Source of the DNA: Eledone cirrhosa
Lineage: Eukaryota
Reading direction: 5' to 3'
Assembly: GCA_964016885.1 (NCBI GenBank)
Contig: OZ024746.1
Span: forward strand, 18,042,001-18,106,000
DNA: 64,000 nucleotides
Part shown: positions 57,771-64,000 of the stretch, piece by piece
Layout: the number at the start of each line of letters is the position of its first letter
Numbering within the stretch: the stretch's first letter is position 1
Made by a program: the position numbers and the translations under genes
Notes under the pieces: generated by a model
The model's database searches: none
What the model was told of the DNA's origin: nothing
The model's input: only the letters and a program-made list of their open reading frames with translations

Positions 57771-58090
57771 TTTCGAGATCTCGTGTAAACTTTAAAGACG
57801 GACGTAATTTTATTCCGGAACACGTACAACTCAAACCGGATATGACGTCAACAACCCTCCGCCTCTAACTTTTTAACCTCAACTTTTTGTTAACACATTT
57901 CAATTAAAGATTCTTCCCGTTAGGTAAAGAAAAAATACCCCAACAAATGTGGAATTCCTAAGAGGGATTATAATTAATATTTACAATAGTTAAAATTATA
58001 GAATTAGTATAATATTTATTAACCGTGTGAAAAAAACAGCCAAACTATTTCCTTTGAAAGTAATGACGTAATTAATCACATGACCGTCAG
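57765..58090. promoter_or_regulatory. NOB1 promoter region
   Basis: Local CpG enrichment. YY1-like CGCCATTTT at the ATG, TTCCGGAA (ETS-like) at 57813-57820, TGACGTCA (CRE) at 57843-57850, TCACATGAC (E-box) at 58076-58084. Confidence 0.6.
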
Positions 58091-59505
58091 CGATGGAGAA
58101 GTAGAAGTAGTTTAACTGCAACACAGTCTCTCATGTACTTAGTGGAAATGTCAGCTTTAATTCTTCCACAGAACATTTAGCGGAACTTGATTTCTAAATT
58201 ACAACTATTAACGCTCTTAGAATCGTGGAAAATATAGTCGGCAGCTATTATATTTACAGAAAGCTGTGATTCATAAAAATCTTTCCACCAGCAAGTTGCT
58301 TGCACACACATTTATGTACCATACTCGTTGAATTCTTTTTTAGACAAACAAGATTTTAAACGAAACTATAAATATATATACATATATAAATATATATTAT
58401 AAAAAGAGAAATAAAAACAAACCAATATCCACTGGCACCTGTATGAGTACAGAAACAGCTGGATAGATCGTTGTGGACAACTTTACCTTATTACCAATTT
58501 TAATGCGACAGGTCTTCCCTTACAAACACTGAACCTTATACATTGAAATCTCAGGTTTGAACTTTTTATCATCATTATTATTATTGTTATTATTTTACAT
58601 GATATTGTCAATGCCCTGTGAAAATGGGGTGACACGATTGACGACAGCAGCCTGTGATCATGAGCAAATATTTCTTAACATTGCTTTAACCTCTATCATT
58701 TCTGTTCGTTATAAAGTGTTTGATAATTATCAAATATATATCGGTAACATGTACTAACCATTCCCCCTTACAGCATTTTAATTCGACATAGCTGTCTCAC
58801 CACAGATCTTGCGTCTTTCTTGTCTGTAAATGTAAAGTTTCGTTGCTGTTTTCCTTTTTAGAGGATTCTGATTTAATTTGCTAAGTTGTATAGAACTTGG
58901 GTCAAACGAATTTTAGTTAGCTGGTGATGTATATATATATTTGTCAATTTAAAGTCAAATTGAGAAATACTTCGTGTTGAGAATGACTAGAAAAAAACAA
59001 ACTTTTTTTAAGTGTAGGCTAATATTAATTAATTGAAATGACGCAATCAGTTGGTAGTTATGAGAGTGTTGGTGTTGGATTTTTACTTTTAAATATTCAG
59101 ATTCAATTATAAATATATAATGCATTTTAATTTTCAAGTGTATCTCATATCTCTGTCCACACACAGACACACAATCCAGAGCTATATAAGAGAGTATATA
59201 ATTGCCAAATAGTTTATATAGTTATAGGTGGAAGATATGTGAGATATTCTTAAGGTAAAAACATTTAATGAGATCAGATTTTTATTCTATCATGATCTTT
59301 GGGTATATATGTGTGTGTGTGTGTTTGTGGTTGTATGTTAAGTGTAACGTGTTTCTGTGTTGAACTATCGATAAACATCTACAGATCTAAGCAAAACTCA
59401 CTTATTCTGAGCTCAATCACCTGAAATCAGCGATCATAACTGACCTGGAGGTAGTCTTTTTCACCTGAGATTATAGTGATCAGATTAGCAATTAACAACT
59501 AATTA

Positions 59506-59589
<84 letters not shown>

Positions 59590-59796
59590 CGAAGACGCGT
59601 GGCTGAGTGGTTAGAGAATTGTATTCGTAATCGTAAGGTTGTGAGTTCGATTCCCTAACCGGGCGATGCGTTATGTCCTTGAGCAAGACACTTTATTTTA
59701 CGTTGCTCCTTCTATCTCGAGTTGCGATAGATAATATTAGCAATTGGAAAGACCAATGGAAACATTGTTTCCTCAATCCGATTTGACGAAAGTTGA

Positions 59797-59851
59797 CATA
59801 TACCAGTGGTTTCTTGAAAGCAAACAAATGTTGCTTTCAATCATCAGAATG
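59797..59851 (-). ncRNA. minimal type I hammerhead ribozyme motif A
   Basis: CAUU-CUGAUGA-UUGAAAGCAA(CAUUUGU)UUGCUUUCAA-GAAA-CCACUGG-UA/UAUG: complete core, 10-bp stem II, GUA cleavage triplet, weak stem I. Confidence 0.6.
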
Positions 59852-59921
59852 AAAGTTGACATATATATATAATGTCAACTTTCGTCTGACTGCTGTCGAT
59901 ATATATATATATATATATATA

Positions 59922-60079
59922 TAGAAGTGGTTACACAACAGTTAGTTCACCATACCGAGAACAATTGTTTCACCTTAGCGGATCCTCAGCTCGTAAATTT
60001 AAGATTACGAGCTGAGGATCCGCTAAGGTGAAACAATTGTTCTCGGTATGGTGAACTAACTGTTGTGTAACCACTTCTA
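59922..60079. repeat. perfect 75-bp inverted repeat with 8-nt loop
   Basis: 59922-59996 is the exact reverse complement of 60005-60079. Confidence 0.97.
60008..60045 (+). ncRNA. minimal type I hammerhead ribozyme motif B (mirror copy on - strand at 59956-59993)
   Basis: CGAG-CUGAGGA-U-CC(GCUAA)GG-U-GAAA-CAAUUG-UU/CUCG: 4-bp stem I and palindromic stem III ACAAUUGU, as in Penelope-type minimal hammerheads. Confidence 0.55.
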
Positions 60080-61100
60080 CCTAACTCGTCCCATGGACTG
60101 AGTGCTCTACCACTACGGATATTACCTTCCAGCGTTCTACCACTGTGGAGAAGTTCAAGTATCTTGGGGCGGTGTTCATGAGTGATGGAAGGCTGGAGAC
60201 TGAATTAATATATATATATATCGATAGTCATACGAAAGTTGACATATATATAATGTCAACTTTCGTCTGACTGTCGATATCGATAGTCATACGAAAGTTG
60301 ACATATGTCAACTTTCGTCAAATCGGACCGAGGAAACAACGTTTCCATTGGTCTTTCCAGTTGCTAATATTATCTATCGCAATAGAAGGAGCAGCGTGAA
60401 ATAAAGTGTCCTGCTCAAGGACATAACGCATATATATATAGATATATGCAGATATATATATACAAATAATGAATCAAAACATCAAATATGTTTAGAATTT
60501 TGTGTTTCTCAATAAGCAAGCTCAATAGATTTCATCTATATACATATATCTTTTCATTTCATTTGGTTACATATATAAGTGGGCGTGAAACACTACTCGA
60601 TCAGGGATATCTGGAGATATGGTTAATATTAAACGGTGAAACCTTAGGTAGAGCATTTGTTCCGTGTATGAACATAAATAATGTATACACACATATACAC
60701 ACGCACATATTTATATAACGTTGAACCTTTATTTTTCTGTTGATCATGTATTTTTTTAACGATCACTTGTGTTTGGTAATATTGTTGGAGATTCAATAGT
60801 CTTAATTACATAATATGAAATTCTGTAAGATTGCTTTTTAGAAAAAATAACTTAAAGACTTAAACAAAAAGGCAACTAAATTTATTATATTTTACTGAAT
60901 CTAAGGATTGTGGATGTCTGTAGTTGGTTCGCTGTTGAGATGGTTAAAATTTCTGGCATCCAGATTTAATGTGGGTAAGCAAGGTTTGCCTATTACGATT
61001 CCTCATACCAAAAATGCACGCACACAATATTATATATATATATAACGTATACATATATATGAGTGTATATTAAAATATGTAAGTTAAATTCTTTATATTT

Positions 61101-61285
61101 GTCTCTGATGAGCTATTCTTACTGGAATGAACTAATTGTTGTTAGTCTAGCGAAATGCGCGTAAGTTTGTTAAATGTTTTAATAATAATAATCCTTTCTA
61201 AACTTTCGATTGAGCCCTGCCCTTCAATGTTTCTAATTTCTCATTCTTTCTTCTGATGAAGGACTAGCATCTGAAATGTTAACTC
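61101..61285 (+). mobile_element. probable Penelope-like element relic(s) with two degenerate hammerhead motifs
   Basis: CTGATGA-GCTA...TAGC-GAAA-TGCGCGTA (61105-61163) and CTGATGA-AGGA...TCT-GAAATGTTA (61253-61281). Confidence 0.45.
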
Positions 61286-64000
61286 TTTTCCTGCTATTTC
61301 AAGCGTTAAACTGATATATTCCATCCATATACTGTACCGACTGTTGTTATTTCTGTTTACCTTTTACACACACACACACATATATATATATTCATTTCAC
61401 TTTATTAAAGTAACTATTCATTTATTCGTTAGTCTATTAACAGGGTGGTTGTTTAATTGTCAAAGCTCTCTCGTCACACATTCTGTTCGCTACATATATG
61501 TCTGAGTGTGTACAACTTTTATCGAGTCCTCTCTGGATTTTGGTCTTTGTATTTATCATTATTTCTATATATATATATATATATAATGTGTGTGTGTTTA
61601 TTGCTTTATGTGTACTAGACGATAGGCTTGCAATGATATTTTTCTATCACCTCGATTATCATATGAAATAGAAATATTTAGATTCCACTGACCATTTTAC
61701 GGATTTTTCACCTTGACTCATGCATGCTCTCTTTCAAACACCCACGCGCGTATCTAGCATTTAGTGAACTACCACCCTGTCTATGTATGTCTACACATGT
61801 ATATGTGTGTGTGTGTGTGTATTTATATTTATATATATACACACACAATACTAATGATTATTGTATGTGTGAGTTGTTTTTACTTACAAAAGAAAATATT
61901 TAAATACCTTGTATCTATCCACATAAAACGTGGGTGAAGTGCTTGATCTATATAGGTAGTGTTCTTAATTGTTATAGCACTTACAAATATACATTTCTAT
62001 TGTATAATACATTGCTAATGAGGGTAATTAGTGAAGTGAATTTTGGTTTTTTATTTGTTTTTATCTAAGTGCTAATTAATATATCCCAGAATATTCGTGG
62101 ATGATGAATGCAAAATAGACGCCAACCTTGGATACTATAAATCGTTAAGCAAAGCTAAAATTATTTCTTACACGTCAAGTTGTGACGTTCATGCAAAGAC
62201 TATTTAGTGAAATCGTAAATTGAGGTAAATATAAACTAATATACACTCACATTACTCATCAAACTTCCTTTACAACAAGGATTTCTGATTTCTAAAATCT
62301 ATATTTCTTTAATAACAACAGTCAATAATATTTTAATATAGGCACACGGCCACACACGTGAAGGAAATGAGTGTGCTATTCATATTTTTCCCCCAAGAAA
62401 AAAAAAAAAAGGTTTATTCGGGAATCAAAACCTGACCTGCTAACCCTTGGAGCTTTCCACTACTGTATATGGCACTAGTCAACTTGATAGTCCTAGTAAT
62501 AATGATTTGGAACTTAGGTATATGACCAGAGATGGGGGGGGGGGCTATTAAATTGATTCCATATCGTTACTGGGACTTTATTTTATCTACTCCCTACCTC
62601 CATAAAGAATGGCAGAGCTATCCTTGGCGGGATTTGAACTCAGAACGTAATGGGGCGTAACTATATGCCGCAAAACATTCGACGCTCTACCGATTCTGCC
62701 AATCCACCGCCCGTAATAGTCGTAGTAATAATGATTTTGAAGTTAGGTACATGGTCAGAGATTTGGATGGGGGTGGTTATTTAATAAAGTATCAACGTAA
62801 ATGTATTATAATCTTGTGGTGTTTGACACATGCTGATGACACACCTCGTCTTTACCAGCCTTGACTGGAACATTAAAATGGTGACCACACTCACACTTAC
62901 AATATATTGTTTTCACAGAGATCGTTTCTTGTGTTTCTTTTCATGTTATTGTATTTGCTACTGTGATGTTAATATATGGCAGTAAGTTATTCACTGCAAT
63001 ACATTTATCATCTTGACTTAATTATTTCTATTCAGTCCCTTTCTTTAAGGGGGTACATATGATAATGATTATTATTTTGACAGCTTTTAACATTATTAGC
63101 CCCTTTTAAAAAAAATATTATTTTCCTTCCTTAACTTATTTTCATGAGACGCCAGACGGAAATATATTTTGTAAGAAATGTGAAATTTATATTGGTTAAG
63201 ATAACTAAAAAAAGACGAAGTGATTTAACAGTTATCGTTATTGTACAAAATAATTTTATGAGAACGGGGTCCAGGAGTCTACAATAGAAGGAATTTTAAC
63301 TGCGAATATGTCAACGAACGGTATTTATGACCGAATGAATGGATAATACTTTCTTATTCCTGGCTAGTAGAAGGAAAAGCAGTTTTAATTAACCTTTAAA
63401 AATCAGTAATAAAAAAGTGTAGAATAAAGTTGTTCGTCCACGCGAAAATTTAGCTTCATTTACTAACAGAATTTCCAACTCCCGCAGTTGAATACAAAAC
63501 AATCCACATGCCAAATATACGAACACTATTGTAGTCGATAGAATCGACCTTGTATATAATTAATACGGTTTCAGAACAAGACCAAGTACGTATATCTCAC
63601 ATTACTTTCTCGGCCATCTCCAACGCTGAAAGGTTGCTGCGATTAACATTCTACAATATTCTGCTTGCCAATGTGTTCTGGTTAGGCTAGGGCAAAAAAA
63701 AACAATTGGGATGTTTTCTTTGAGCTTAAAAAGTTTAGAGAGAGAGAGTCCAATTAGATCCGAAATTCGATTAAAAGTATATATCATATTCTCAATTTAC
63801 AGGGAAATTCATATTTTCTTGCATGTTTACACACCTACATATTAGATATATCTATACATTTATACACATTGGTGCATTCTTGGTTACACACACACACACT
63901 CTCTCGTGTGTAACCCAGAATACACCAACGTGTTTAAATGTATAGACATATCTAATATGTGAGCGTGTAAACATGCCAAAAAATACGAATTTCCCTGTAA

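Larger units (their letters stand above)
59588..60431. mobile_element. SINE-headed nested fold-back element containing hammerhead motifs
   Basis: A box TGGCTGAGTGG and B box GAGTTCGATTCC. Arm 59666-59802 is inverted at ~60300-60431. Internal palindromes; TA tracts on both sides. Confidence 0.75.

Noticed and set aside
59590-59662. tRNA gene
   Set aside because: A and B boxes are present, but there is no clean acceptor stem and the sequence runs into a SINE body, like the other SINE heads.
63602-63787. Possible minus-strand exon (LTRTHWQAEYCRMLIAATFQRWRWPR)
   Set aside because: Splice-like flanks exist, but there is no recognisable homology and no partner exons to support it.

Overview
AT-rich eukaryotic (animal) genomic DNA. 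The giant compound (TA)n/(TATG)n microsatellites, RTE LINEs with (GAT)n tails and tRNA-derived SINEs are most consistent with a coleoid cephalopod such as an octopod (inference). Two spliced genes were assembled by eye from GT-AG sites and reading-frame phase, and they converge tail to tail. (1) On the + strand are the last 11 coding exons (846 aa) of a ZCCHC14/ZCCHC2-family gene at 12775-33536, with a PX-like domain, low-complexity regions and a C-terminal CCHC knuckle; its 5' end lies upstream of the window. (2) On the - strand is a complete 8-exon NOB1 gene (418 aa, 57770-45229). The rest is repeats: a CR1/L2-group LINE 3' end, several 5'-truncated RTE LINEs with a PHD-like finger in ORF2, SINEs sharing the RTE tail, TTAA-flanked piggyBac-type MITEs, a 2-kb 29/32-bp minisatellite and a duplicated ~585-bp unit. 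The most unusual feature is a nested fold-back element at 59588-60431. It has a Pol III SINE head, ~135-bp inverted arms, a perfect 75-bp hairpin and two different minimal type I hammerhead ribozyme motifs, with two more degenerate motifs about 1 kb downstream. Most long ORFs in the track are microsatellite artefacts.
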